Shown: piece after piece, positions 31,201 through 41,422 of the stretch
Layout of the letters: each line of letters begins with the position of its first letter
Position numbering within the stretch: the stretch's first letter is position 1
NCBI GenBank assembly: GCA_963777605.1
Contig: CAVZRV010000031.1
Location: 463,770-527,769, forward strand
Reading direction: 5' to 3'
Source: an uncultured Acidobacteriota bacterium
Lineage (GTDB): Bacteria > Acidobacteriota > UBA6911 > RPQK01 > JAPXNP01
Length of the DNA: 64,000 bases
Translations under genes and position numbers: made by a program
The notes under the pieces: generated by a model
Told to the model about the DNA's origin: nothing
Seen by the model: the letters and a program-made list of their open reading frames with translations, nothing else
Database searches by the model: none

Positions 31201-32984
31201 TCACTTGGCAAGTTCCTCGAGCCGGAGGGCCATTTTCTCTCGCGCCCGGTAGAGCTCTTCCCGATTTCTCGAGAACGCCGAGACATCCACGACCATGCCC
31301 TTGGCGATCTCTCCGGCGAAATCCCCTTCCCCATACTTCTCGAGCAACTTCAGGTATTCGTAGTCCTCGATTCCCTCCCGAAGCAGTTCGAAACGGATCG
31401 AAGAAACCGGCCCGTCGACGTCATCCTGGCCCGTGTAGCGGTGAACCCGGTCTCCGGGATAGAGCAGGGAACCTTCCCCGTTGAGGACCCAACCTTCGCT
31501 GCAGAGAAAGCCGCTCAGGTAGGTCACCGGGTCGATCCAGGGGTCCGGAGTCTGGGGCCAGTAGTTCACCGCCCAGTAGAGGATCCCGTTCATCCCGTAG
31601 CGATAGGTGATCCACGGCACCATGACCGGGTCCATGGCGGGTGCGTCGATGAAGTAGTTGGGCTGTGGATAGACCTGGTCGCAGGAAATGTACCAGGAGA
31701 TTTCCGCACCTTCCTTCTGCTGCTGCCGGATCACATCCTTCAATTCGGGGCTGTTCAACTTGTTGCCGTGAATCGAAAACGCATTCGCATACCCGGTCAG
31801 CGTGCCCCACTCGGGGTCGTCCGGGATGGGGGATTCCGTCACCAGGAACCGGGCATCCGGATAGGCCTCGCGAACGAGTTCCGCCCACCGTCGAGTCTCC
31901 TCGTAGGCGGCACGCGTATTGGGTTCGTCGATCGGACTGTTGAAGATCAGCCGGTCCAGCCAACCGTGCGATCGAAAATAGGACGCGACCTGGGAGACGT
32001 ACTGTTTCACACGCGACGCCGCCTCATCCGACCAGGGATCGTCCCGAATTCCTTTCATCAAGTTCCCGGGGACCGCTTCGAAGACCACCCGTTTTGTTTT
32101 CCAGACCACCATGTACTGCTGATACAGTTCATCGTCGAAATGGAGATCGATTCGCCCCGCCGGGCCGACTTCGATTTCCGGCTGAAGGAGTGGGTTGAAC
32201 CAGGGTTCCATCCGGTTCTCGAACAGAATCCGATGGTACCGCTTCAATACTTCCCGCTCGTCCTCGCCCCGATGGATAACCTCGCAACCAGCCCTCGCCG
32301 ACTCCCATGAACGTCAGCAGGTGGGTCTCCTCGGGCAGGGAAAAACCGTAGACCTTCAACAGGACAGTGATCCGGCCGGCGAGTTGGCCGTCGTGGAGCA
32401 GCCGGACTTCACCGCGGTAGTTACCGGGCGGCGTGTCGGCAGGAATCGAGAGGTCGACCCAGAGTGGGCGGTTTCTGACCGCCGAACGGAAAGGAGCGGT
32501 CATGTCGAAGGATCGGCTGAGGGGAACCAGGGCGTCCGGCCAGAACCCGGTCTTGCCCACGGGACTGGAGGCCGCGTAAACGAGGAGAGGATATTCGAGA
32601 AACACCTGTAGTCGATCGGTCGCGATTGCCCCGGCTGACCCTTCGAGAGCGGAAACCTCCACGTCGAAGCCGGATGCCACTTTCTGATAGCGGGGCTGAG
32701 CGTGGGGGTGGAACCGTGACCACCACCTGGAAGGGGACATGTTCTCCAGCCGCTCCCGCCAGCCGGACAGTCCGGTCGCTCGATGACCAGACCAGGTTCT
32801 CCGACTCTACCCGATCATCGGGAAGGACTTTCTGGAGGTCCGGGACGGCCCAGAACTGGATCTCGTCGAGAGACTGGGGGAAGAGCAGGCCGAAGCTCCC
32901 CCCCACCGCTATCAGAAGTGCCAACACACGCTTTCCGCCGACTCCGCCGGCCCGGCCCAACGTGGAAACAATACCCCTCATCAC
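31201..32984 (-). CDS. DUF4091/GH123-like protein with two frameshifts (~32690, ~32270)
   Basis: Three overlapping ORFs join; IDEP, GILYW, GEGSLLYPG, SIRFELLREGIEDYEY. Confidence 0.75.
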
Positions 32985-33081
32985 TGCCCCTTTCTGGTTC
33001 CAATTCCAAACGTCAAATCACAGGATTCGCTCACCCGGACCACCAGGATGACAGCACAGCCATTCCATACCCGATAACTCC

Positions 33082-34140
33082 TCAATCCTTTCCGGGTGGA
33101 GCCCCTGGAACCGACTTGAACATCAACCTGCGCTGATCCTGTTGCACCATTCCCGCGTAGAGCGAGCGCGCCTGTTTCAGAATGGCCATACCTTCGTCCC
33201 GCCGTCCTCCACGAATCAGCAACTGCCCCAAAGCCAGCGAGTACTTCGGCCGGCTCGCATCCAGTTCGATCGCTTGCCGATAGGCCTTTTCGGCCTCGCC
33301 GTTGCGGGCCAGCTTCTCCAGGCAACCGCCCTTCTCGTAGAAGGCATCGGAGTTGTTTGAGCCCGGCCCGGCGGCCTTCTCCAAATCGTTCAGGGCCCGG
33401 TCAAAATCTCCCAGCCCCTTGAGCGCCAGACCCCTGAAGTATCGCCCTTCCGGGCTGTCTTCCCGAGCGAGGTGCAAGTCCAGCGCTTCCAAAGCCTCCT
33501 CGTCGCGTCCCATAGTCTCGAGAACGATGCCACGATGCAATTCAACACCGGGATAGTCGGGCCGGATGCCCCGCACCCGATCGAAAACCTCCAGCGATTC
33601 ACCCGACTGCTTCAGGTTGTAGAGAACTCTCCCGAGGTTCATCAGGGCATCACAGTTGGTCGGTTCGAGAGCAACAACACGCCTCAGATCCCGTTCGGCG
33701 CCCAGATTGTCACCCTCGTCGAGCCGACTCGTACCCCTCAGGAGAAGGGCTTGTGCCAGGTTCTCCCGGATTGCGGAATCTTCGGGCCAGCGATCGAACG
33801 CCGACTCAAAGACTTGGACCGCGGATTCGATATCGCCCTTCTTGGCAGCCAGGATTCCAGCCGTCAGGTAAAACCTGCGTTCGGCCGGGAACCGGTCAAT
33901 CCCACGTTTTGCGACCCGGTAAAGATCGTCGTCCCGACCCAGCAACTGGTAGACGGCACAGAGGCGCAAGTACCAGTTCAGATCGGACGGGTGCGCAACG
34001 ACACATTGTTCCAGGAGACCGGCAGCACCGGAAAGGTCACCGGTCGAGTAGGCTTCGGAGGCCGCTTTGCAGGGATCCGGCCCTCCCTGAGCGACCAACA
34101 GCATCAAGCACGCGCCAGCGATCGGGAGCATTGCCACCAT
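33082..34140 (-). CDS. Secreted TPR protein
   Basis: Signal peptide and tandem TPR repeats; start at MVAML inferred. Confidence 0.75.
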   Translation of the reverse strand: MVAMLPIAGACLMLLVAQGGPDPCKAASEAYSTGDLSGAAGLLEQCVVAHPSDLNWYLRLCAVYQLLGRDDDLYRVAKRGIDRFPAERRFYLTAGILAAKKGDIESAVQVFESAFDRWPEDSAIRENLAQALLLRGTSRLDEGDNLGAERDLRRVVALEPTNCDALMNLGRVLYNLKQSGESLEVFDRVRGIRPDYPGVELHRGIVLETMGRDEEALEALDLHLAREDSPEGRYFRGLALKGLGDFDRALNDLEKAAGPGSNNSDAFYEKGGCLEKLARNGEAEKAYRQAIELDASRPKYSLALGQLLIRGGRRDEGMAILKQARSLYAGMVQQDQRRLMFKSVPGAPPGKD

Positions 34141-34230
34141 TCTAAGCCTTCCCGACAAGCGGATAAAGACATCGGAGGCTCGACACGGCGCCCGACTCGG
34201 GGTACAAATGCACCATACAGGAGGCATTCC

Positions 34231-35490
34231 ATGATTCGTGCGGTCCGATTTCTACTCTTTGTGACCTTTGTGCTGGTTTTGTCGGTTGTTGCCCTTGGGC
34301 AACGAATCTACCCGGAACAGCGGGTCGATCCGGAGACCTTCACGGTGATGTCCTGGGGACCTGTCATCGCGGAGCCCCAGCAACTGCAGTGGATGAAGGA
34401 GGCCGGCATCAATATTGTTGGGTTTGCCGGAGTCGACGACCTCCCGGCGATCGCCGAGGCGGGGCTCAAGGCATTCCTCTCCGACCGGCGCGTCAATGGA
34501 TACGATTTCGACCAACCCCTGGACGAGGCGGAAGTCCGCCGCAATATCGCCTCCCTGAAAGAGGAAATCGGAGACAACCCGGCCGTGATCGGGTTCATGC
34601 TTCGCGACGAGCCGCACGCCCGCGCGATGCCAAGCCTCGGACTCGTCGCCCGGGTCCTGAGGGAGTACTTCCCCGGGAAATGGCCCTATGTCAACCTCTT
34701 TCCGGTCCGGGTCACTCCGGAACGGATGGGAACCGACACCTACGCGGAGTACGTTCAGATGCTCGTCGACGTGATCCGCCAGCCCTTCCTCAGCTACGAC
34801 AATTACTCGCTGGTCGGCGGGGAAATGCTGGATTACTTCTTCACCAACCTCGAAGCCGTGAGGAAGGCTTCGACCGATACCGGTGTGCCTTTCTGGAACT
34901 GCGTGCTTTCCAACGCCCACTTCAACTACATGGTGAACACCGACGCCACCTACAGCCTGCAGGCCTACGCAACCATGGCCCACGGGGCGCGGGGAATCCA
35001 GTACTTCAGCTACTTCACCTGGGCAAATGGAAATTATCGCTTGGGGCCGATCGACCAGTTCGGGAACAAGACCCCTTCGTGGGACATGCTGCGGCGCGTC
35101 AACAACCAGATTCACGCGCTCGCACCGACCCTGGCACATTTGAAGTCAACCGGCGTCTATCACTATCCCGACGTGCCGGCCGGGTGCAGCCCCCTCAGCG
35201 CAAGCAGCCTCGTTCGAGAAGTCGAAATGACGCAGCGTTATGTGGTTCCGCCCATCCAGGGGCGTTTCCTGGTCGGCGAGTTCGTCGATGAACAAGGGAG
35301 GCCGTACCTGATGCTGGTCAACAAGGACCTGGATAACTCGTTCCGTTACCGGATCGAGTTGAAGGAACCGGGCGCTCAACTGGTCCACATCTCCCAGTAT
35401 TCCGGCGAAGAAGAGGGCTTCGGGCGAGAGATGGACTGGGTCGCACCCGGTGCCGGGCATCTGTTCAGGATCCGACGAGCGGGAGAGTAG
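34231..35490 (+). CDS. Secreted protein, possible TIM-barrel glycoside hydrolase
   Basis: MIRAVRF signal peptide after GGAGG; RDEP, YVNLFP, SYDNY, HGARGIQYF motifs. Confidence 0.55.
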   Translation: MIRAVRFLLFVTFVLVLSVVALGQRIYPEQRVDPETFTVMSWGPVIAEPQQLQWMKEAGINIVGFAGVDDLPAIAEAGLKAFLSDRRVNGYDFDQPLDEAEVRRNIASLKEEIGDNPAVIGFMLRDEPHARAMPSLGLVARVLREYFPGKWPYVNLFPVRVTPERMGTDTYAEYVQMLVDVIRQPFLSYDNYSLVGGEMLDYFFTNLEAVRKASTDTGVPFWNCVLSNAHFNYMVNTDATYSLQAYATMAHGARGIQYFSYFTWANGNYRLGPIDQFGNKTPSWDMLRRVNNQIHALAPTLAHLKSTGVYHYPDVPAGCSPLSASSLVREVEMTQRYVVPPIQGRFLVGEFVDEQGRPYLMLVNKDLDNSFRYRIELKEPGAQLVHISQYSGEEEGFGREMDWVAPGAGHLFRIRRAGE

Positions 35491-35509
35491 CAGTTCCACG
35501 TGTCCTGCC

Positions 35510-35805
35510 GGAAGCGACAGCTTCCCCATGTGGAGTGCTGGAAGCGAAAGCTTCCCCATGTGGAGTGCGGAAGCGAAAGCTTCCGCTTTTTTTGGTCTCG
35601 GCCCGCCTCCGGTCGGGATCAGGAAGCGAAAGCTTCCGTTGCCACCCATGAACATTTGTGATGTTTGATTTTTGATTTGTGATTGGGTGGTCGAGGGGCG
35701 ATTGGCGGCTGTTTGGGGTTGCCGCGGGCGCGGGGGAAGCTTTCGCTTCCCTGGGTGGCGGGCCAGGATTGACAAAGCGGAAGCTTTCGCTTCCGCACTC
35801 CACAT
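35510..35805. repeat. Composite REP/REPIN-like unit A, downstream of RAYT
   Basis: Three tandem GGAAGCGAMAGCTTCC hairpins at ~30-bp period, inner hairpin ~35622, inverted inner hairpin ~35735, closing agcggaagctttcgcttccgcactcc from 35776. Confidence 0.85.
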
Positions 35806-35830
35806 TGATTGTCCACGCTGAATCAGTCTT

Positions 35831-36395
35831 TCAACGAATCCAGACCGGGCGGAAGTCATCCTGTTCGTGGATTCGGTCGTACCGAAACGACTGGACCTTC
35901 CTGCGGACTGCCGAAGGCCACTCCGTTTCTACCAGTGCCGCCGAACAGTAAGGATAGTTTGATGCCACGGAGACCAGTCCGTGGTGAACCGGGTTGTTAA
36001 TCACGTAGTTGAGGCGAGCGTAGTAGCTCCCCGGATAGGTCAGGCACTTGTCCCAGTACTGGTACCAGACCTGCCGGCCCGGCTCCCCCTGTTCCAGATT
36101 GAGGGAAAGCGCGAATTGGGAATGCATTCGCTGGATCAGTGAACTTCAAAGTCCATGATTCCTCTGCGGCTTGAGCGATAAAGTGATAGTGGTTTGAGAA
36201 CACAGCCCAAGCGGTCCCGATCCAGCCACAGCCTGCAATCAGGTCGAGCAACTGCGATTCCAACATCCCGAGCAAGTCGCTCGTCGGATAGAACTGCCGG
36301 TGATCGACCGTCGCTGCCGTGACCATGTAGGTCAAGCCAGGGACGAATCGATGTTCGGGAGCGTGATGCCAGGTGGTTCGTTCCAGGTCATCCAT
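35831..36395 (-). mobile_element. REP-associated tyrosine transposase (RAYT, IS200/IS605 Y1 HUH family); frameshift near 36143
   Basis: YMVTAAT, HUH motif NHYH, W-Q-YWD, catalytic LNYVINNPVHHGLV...YPYCS; flanked by REPs. Confidence 0.85.
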
Positions 36396-36447
36396 GCAAC
36401 CTCCTTCCAAAAAAGAAAACGAACCACCCAAAGAAACTGCGAAATTC

Positions 36448-36805
36448 ATGTGAAGTCCCGGAAGCGAAAGCTTCCCCATGTGGAGTGCTGGAAGCGACAG
36501 CTTCCGCTTTTGCCGGTCCCGGCCCGCCTCCAGTCGGGATCAGGAAGCGAAAGCTTCCGTTGCCAACATCCATTCGCACTTCGCACTTCGGTCTCGCACT
36601 TCAGCTTCGACATTCGCCTTCGCCATTCGGAATTCCCCCGTCGCAGCCCGCAGGACCGAACAGTTGGAGGGCTTCCCCGCCCGGGGCCTGCACGAGGGAA
36701 GCTCTCGCTTCCCTGTCGGCGGGCCGGGCGTCCAAAGCGGAACCTTTCGGTTCCGCACTCCATATCCCCTGTCCAACGACAAGGCGGAACTTTTCGGTTC
36801 CGCGG
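36448..36805. repeat. Composite REP/REPIN-like unit B, upstream of RAYT
   Basis: Same order of hairpins and linkers as 35510-35805 with a different internal segment; extra hairpin 36783-36803. Confidence 0.85.
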
Positions 36806-36843
36806 TCCATAAAGGGGTTTGCGGTCAGGGGATCGCGGGCCCG

Positions 36844-36937
36844 GTGAGGGCCCGCCTCTGTGTGCCTGCCGGCCCGGCCTTACGGCAACCAACCGCGAGT
36901 GTCGGCACCCCACCGGCCCCACACAGAGGCAGGGGTA
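36844..36937. repeat. Degenerate inverted doublet resembling GTAG-type REPs
   Basis: gcctctgtgtg ... cacacagaggc arms. Confidence 0.4.
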
Positions 36938-36987
36938 AGCAAAGCGCGCCCCTGCGTTCCCCGGCACTAAGACCAGAACCCCGGATA

Positions 36988-37021
36988 AACGCAAAACGGC
37001 CCGCGGTTTCCCGCGGGCCGT
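36988..37021 (-). terminator. Intrinsic terminator of TonB-dependent receptor gene
   Basis: acggcccgcgg-gaaa-ccgcgggccgt stem followed by tttgcgttt on minus strand, about 40 nt after the stop. Confidence 0.8.
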
Positions 37022-37060
37022 CTGTTGAGTCGTCAGACTCGGTTACGAGCGAACTTCAGA

Positions 37061-40000
37061 TCAGAAGCTGATCCTCAAGCCGCCCTGGATGTTCCGCGGA
37101 CCACCGGTCTTTCCATATACCTTTCCGAAGTTGCCGCTCGAGACGTTGGTGTTCGGGCCCGAGTAGCGCGTGCGGTTGAAGATATTCGTCATGTCGAACC
37201 GTATTTCCAGGTTCATCCCTTCCCGGAACGGGAGATCGGTCCGCTTGATCAGCGAGACGTCCTCATTGTACTGCGCGAAATCCCGCGTGCTGGGTAACCA
37301 CCGTGGAGCGTCACCCAACCTCAGCGGAACCCCGTTGGCTGTCGCCGGCGGAGACGCAAAGGCATCCGGGTTCAGGTACTGGGTACCCAACTGCGGATCG
37401 AGTGCACCCATCGAGACCGTCTGGTTGTCACTCGAGTACGTCGGGCCGGAATGCCGGGTTGTACAGGGCATCTCCCACCAAGCCTCCGACACCGAGGTGC
37501 AGCGGATTGCCAGTCGCATATCGCTGAATCGCACTGAAGGTCCAGCCGCCCAGGACCCAAGCCCCGGGACCCGAGGTCACCCACTTGCCGCGGGGGCCAA
37601 AGGGGAGGTCGTAGATCCAGGTGATCCTCAGATCGTGCGGGACATGGTACTGGACGACCGAGTAGTCAGACTGCCGATTGTAGTAGTCCTGACCGTAGTC
37701 GTAGTAACCGCCCGGACCCGCCGTGTCCGACGTGCCCATGGCCCTGGACCAGGTGTAGGACGTCAGGAAGCTCAGCCCGAAGTCCGACCGCTTGGTGCGC
37801 CGTCACCTGGAGGGAGTGGTAATTCGACCATCCTCCGTTGAGCCGATGCGTCTGGACCCCATAGTACTGAGGGAAGGGCCGCAGCGCATCGGCGACCGTG
37901 CCGTCGAAACTCGCGTAGGGACGAGTGATCTCCGGGTGGTCATCGATACTTTCGATCAGCGTATCCCCCAGGGAAAGATTCGCGGAATCTACCTGGTTGA
38001 GCGCATAGAGGTACTGGGACTCGTTGAGCCGCCCGCCATGGTTCCCCACGTAGTTGGCCTCGATCCGAGTATCCCACCCGACCGCAAACTGGATTCCGAT
38101 GTTCCAGTTCTGGACCATCGGGAACTTATTGGTTTCGGGCAGGTACCAGCCTATGTAATCGCCGTTGTTCTGCGCCGGGTCGGTGTTGGGCAGGGTAGCG
38201 GTGTAGGCAGGATAGGCATTATCCCAGTTGTAGACCGGGGCTTCGCGGAAGACTCCACTTCGGGCATTGATGTTATTCGAACCGTTGAAGCCGGCGGTGT
38301 AAGCCCAACTCCAGCCGTCGTTGATCGGCGGGCTGTAGTTGATTCCGTATCCGCCGCGGACCACCACGTCTTCCTTGACCTGCCAGGCAAAACCGACCCT
38401 TGGAGCAAACTGCCCGTAGTAGGTGCTGGCAGCGAATGTTTCCGAAGGCCATCGCGCCCGGATAGTTGTCGGCACCCGGATTGGCCAGCGTCGGGTCAAG
38501 CCCCGACATCCGGTCCGTGCGCTCGAATACCGGCGTGGGAATATCCCACCGAATACCGGCGTTCAGCGTGAAGCCCGGGCGCATCTTCCAGTCGTCCTGG
38601 GTGTAGAGCGCCACATACTTGGAGGCCAGTCCGGGTGTGAACCGCTGGATCCCCATGCCCGTGCTGTAGGCATCCCCCAGGAAGAACGAGGCGTACGAGA
38701 AGCCCGTCGAATCCCGGAATCCGGGCTGCGACGTGATTTCACTGTGGAAGGTGTAGGAGCCATTCCCCTGGCTTGACCGCTCGTTCTGGTAGTACTGGCG
38801 GTACTCGGCGCCGAACCGGAGGCTGTGGTTGTTGACCAGCCAGCTGAAGTCGTCGGCGATGATCACACTGCCATTGGGCGCGTAGCCGGTGGCACCGTCG
38901 CCCAGGTTCCGATAAGGATCGAGCGAAGTGTTTCCGGCCCCGGAGAGACCCGCTACCGGAAAGGTCACGCCGCCCTGGTCGTTCTGTAGCCCCAGTTCAC
39001 CCTTCCAGTCCGTTCCCGCCAGGAATGAAGTGGCCTGGTTCTTGTTCAGGAACCGGTTGACGCCGACCGCCAGGTGGTTGAGGACCTGGGGGCTGATCGT
39101 CCAGTCCTCCGCGAATCGGAAGATCCAACCCGGGGTATCCTGGCGGCGGAAGCCGATCGAGCCGCACCCGGAAAAGACACGCCGGCCGGTTGCAATCCAT
39201 TTCCGCCTGAGCGGTCCCTTCCCCGATCGTTTGAAACATAAGTTCCGGACAGCTTGTGGGACTCGGACATCACGTGATCGATTTTGAGACTGATGTTGTC
39301 GATCTGCATGAAGGGGCAGCAGCCCGAGAACCTCGGCTGATTGTTAATCAACTGGAACAACTGCGGACTGGGCAGGTCGAACTGCATGTACTTCCGGGTG
39401 ACGTCACTCATCCGGTCGAGCGGAATCTGGTTGCCGGCGAAAGGATCTCTGATCCAGGTTCCATCGGCCAACTGCCGTGATGAGGCGGGATCATAAATCT
39501 GACCGAACAGCACGTCCCTGCCCAGGGCATCCTGGCCCATCACCGTGCCGGACTGATCGTTCAGCGTGAAGCTCGGGTCGAGCAGCAGGGAGAAATCGCC
39601 CTGCTTGAACGGGGCCACGGGAAGCGACTCGGTCCCGGAAACCGTCTGGTTGATGAAGCGGTCACCTTCATAGGAAAAGTAGAAATGGGTCTTGTCCTTG
39701 ATGATCGGTCCGCCGACGGTGAATCCGAAGTTGTTGTCCAGGAAGGGCGCCTTCGGGTTGCCAAATCGGTTGTTGCCCCAACTGTTGGCATTCAGTGCCG
39801 CGTTGCGGTGGAGCCAGAAGACGGTGCCGTGGATTTCGTTCGTCCCCGACTTCATACCGAAGTTGGTCAGGGCCGTCTGGGTCGCCCCGTACTGGGACGA
39901 CAGCGCGCCGGTCTGCAGCTTGAACTCACTGACCGCGTCCATGGTCGGGGTGAACTCGCTGTTGCTGCCGCCGTTGAGGTCCATTCGGCCGATGGAGATT

Positions 40001-40587
40001 CCATCGATCAGGATCTCGTGGCTGTATGACTGGCCGCCGTTGATCGAACCGGCGAAGCTTCCGCCCTGGGTTCCGGGCATGGCCCGGAAAATGAAGTCCT
40101 GTAACTGGCGGGTCCCGTCACCGACCAGGATCGGCCAGGTATGGACCTCTTTCAAGTTGGCGCCAATACCGATCTCCGCGGTCGAGGTTTCCAGCAGCGG
40201 CCCGGTGCTCGACACCGTGACCGACTCGCTGACTTCACCGACCTGGAGTATCAGGTCAATCGACACGGTCTGGGCCAGACCCACCGTGACGTTCTCCGCA
40301 ACAGCGGTCTTGAACCCGGGCATCGCCGCGCTGATCTGATAGGTGCCCGGTGACAGGAAAGCCAGCCGAAAGAAACCGCTCTCGGTCGTCACCGCAGTGG
40401 TCCTGACTCCGGTTTCGGTCTCGGTGCCAATCACCTCCGCACCCGGAATCACTGCACCCGTGGGATCCTTGACGATCCCGTTAATTGTGCCGCGTCCGCT
40501 CTGCCCCAACAGGGGTACTGCCAAAAGAAATAACAGTACACAGGGCAGAAGGACCGACACGAGAAACTTGGAACGCTTACTCGTCAT
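37061..40587 (-). CDS. Oar-like TonB-dependent receptor with carboxypeptidase-regulatory-like domain; four frameshifts
   Basis: GTINGIVKDPTGAVIPGA, KSGTNEIHG, YTQDDWK, FAPRVGFAW, terminal RNIQGGLRISF; breaks ~39150, 38440, 37795, 37435. Confidence 0.85.
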
Positions 40588-40762
40588 TCGATTCCTCCAA
40601 CGTTTACTCCTCATTACTTCTCCTCCTAAGGGTAACGACACCTATTCGGGGCGGTATTGAGGCAGCGCTGGATCGTGAATTTGAAAACGAATTCTGCGTA
40701 CAGGCCTCCGAGATGCAAAGAGGACCACTCCCCGCCAAGTTCTGGTTACTCCTTGTGAAGTG

Positions 40763-40791
40763 ATTAGAATCCCGATTCCGAAAAGAGTCAA
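40763..40791 (-). promoter_or_regulatory. Candidate sigma70 promoter for the TonB-dependent receptor
   Basis: TTGACT-17 bp-TCTAAT on minus strand. Confidence 0.45.
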
Positions 40792-41422
40792 TGAAGAATT
40801 TCGACAATTCTTGGAAAATCCTGGAAAATCTCGACAAATGCGTAGGAATTCAGTTCCATAAAGGGTTTCGGGGATTGCAGCATCGAGATCTTCCAGTTCA
40901 TCCAAATGAAGTTTCAGGTCAGCCCCGCCCCCGGCGGCGCCGGACCATTCGCAAAGTGAAACTGGTGTCCGTGCACCCGGGGGAGCGGCTTCGCCTTACC
41001 CCCGGCTCTGTGTTTGGCGCCATTCCGGGTTTCAAGTGGACCCAGGGTCCAAGCTTCAGGTGAAGTTTCAGGTTAACTGGGCCCAACCGCCCTGCGGGGA
41101 TCATTCAGCGTGTGAACCTGGTGGAGCATCGCCAGATGAGCGCGCCAACGGCGCAGGGTCATTTCCAGCCCGGGGCAACCCGGGAATCGGCCAAGACGGC
41201 AATGCAGCACTGAAAGTGCGATTCAGTCCCGGCGGCGGACTGTTTCAGAACAAACCGGAAATCAAGAATCCTGGATTGAGAAGGTTCACTTCCGCCGGGC
41301 AGGCTGCCCGGCCGCCATTCCAGGCAGGGCTGCCTGGATTACTTTCCCTCCAGAAACCAGGAACTCAGCCCGATTGAAGTTTCAGGTCGAACTAGCCGGT
41401 CTCCGGTCTCCGGTTCTGAGGA

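Noticed and set aside
33472-34230. Long N-terminal extensions in the ORF track (also 46012-46575 and 55971-57251) suggesting fusions
   Set aside because: They overlap real opposite-strand genes; better starts with RBS or signal peptides lie downstream
35510-35590. ~30-bp tandem palindromic repeats resembling a CRISPR array
   Set aside because: No unique spacers, no cas genes; repeats are REP hairpins beside a RAYT
35831-36395. IS200/IS605 insertion sequence with TnpB
   Set aside because: No tnpB; multiple flanking REPs indicate a RAYT
37061-40587. Programmed frameshifting or phase variation in the TonB-dependent receptor
   Set aside because: Four unrelated breaks without a shared slippery motif; similar indels occur throughout the window
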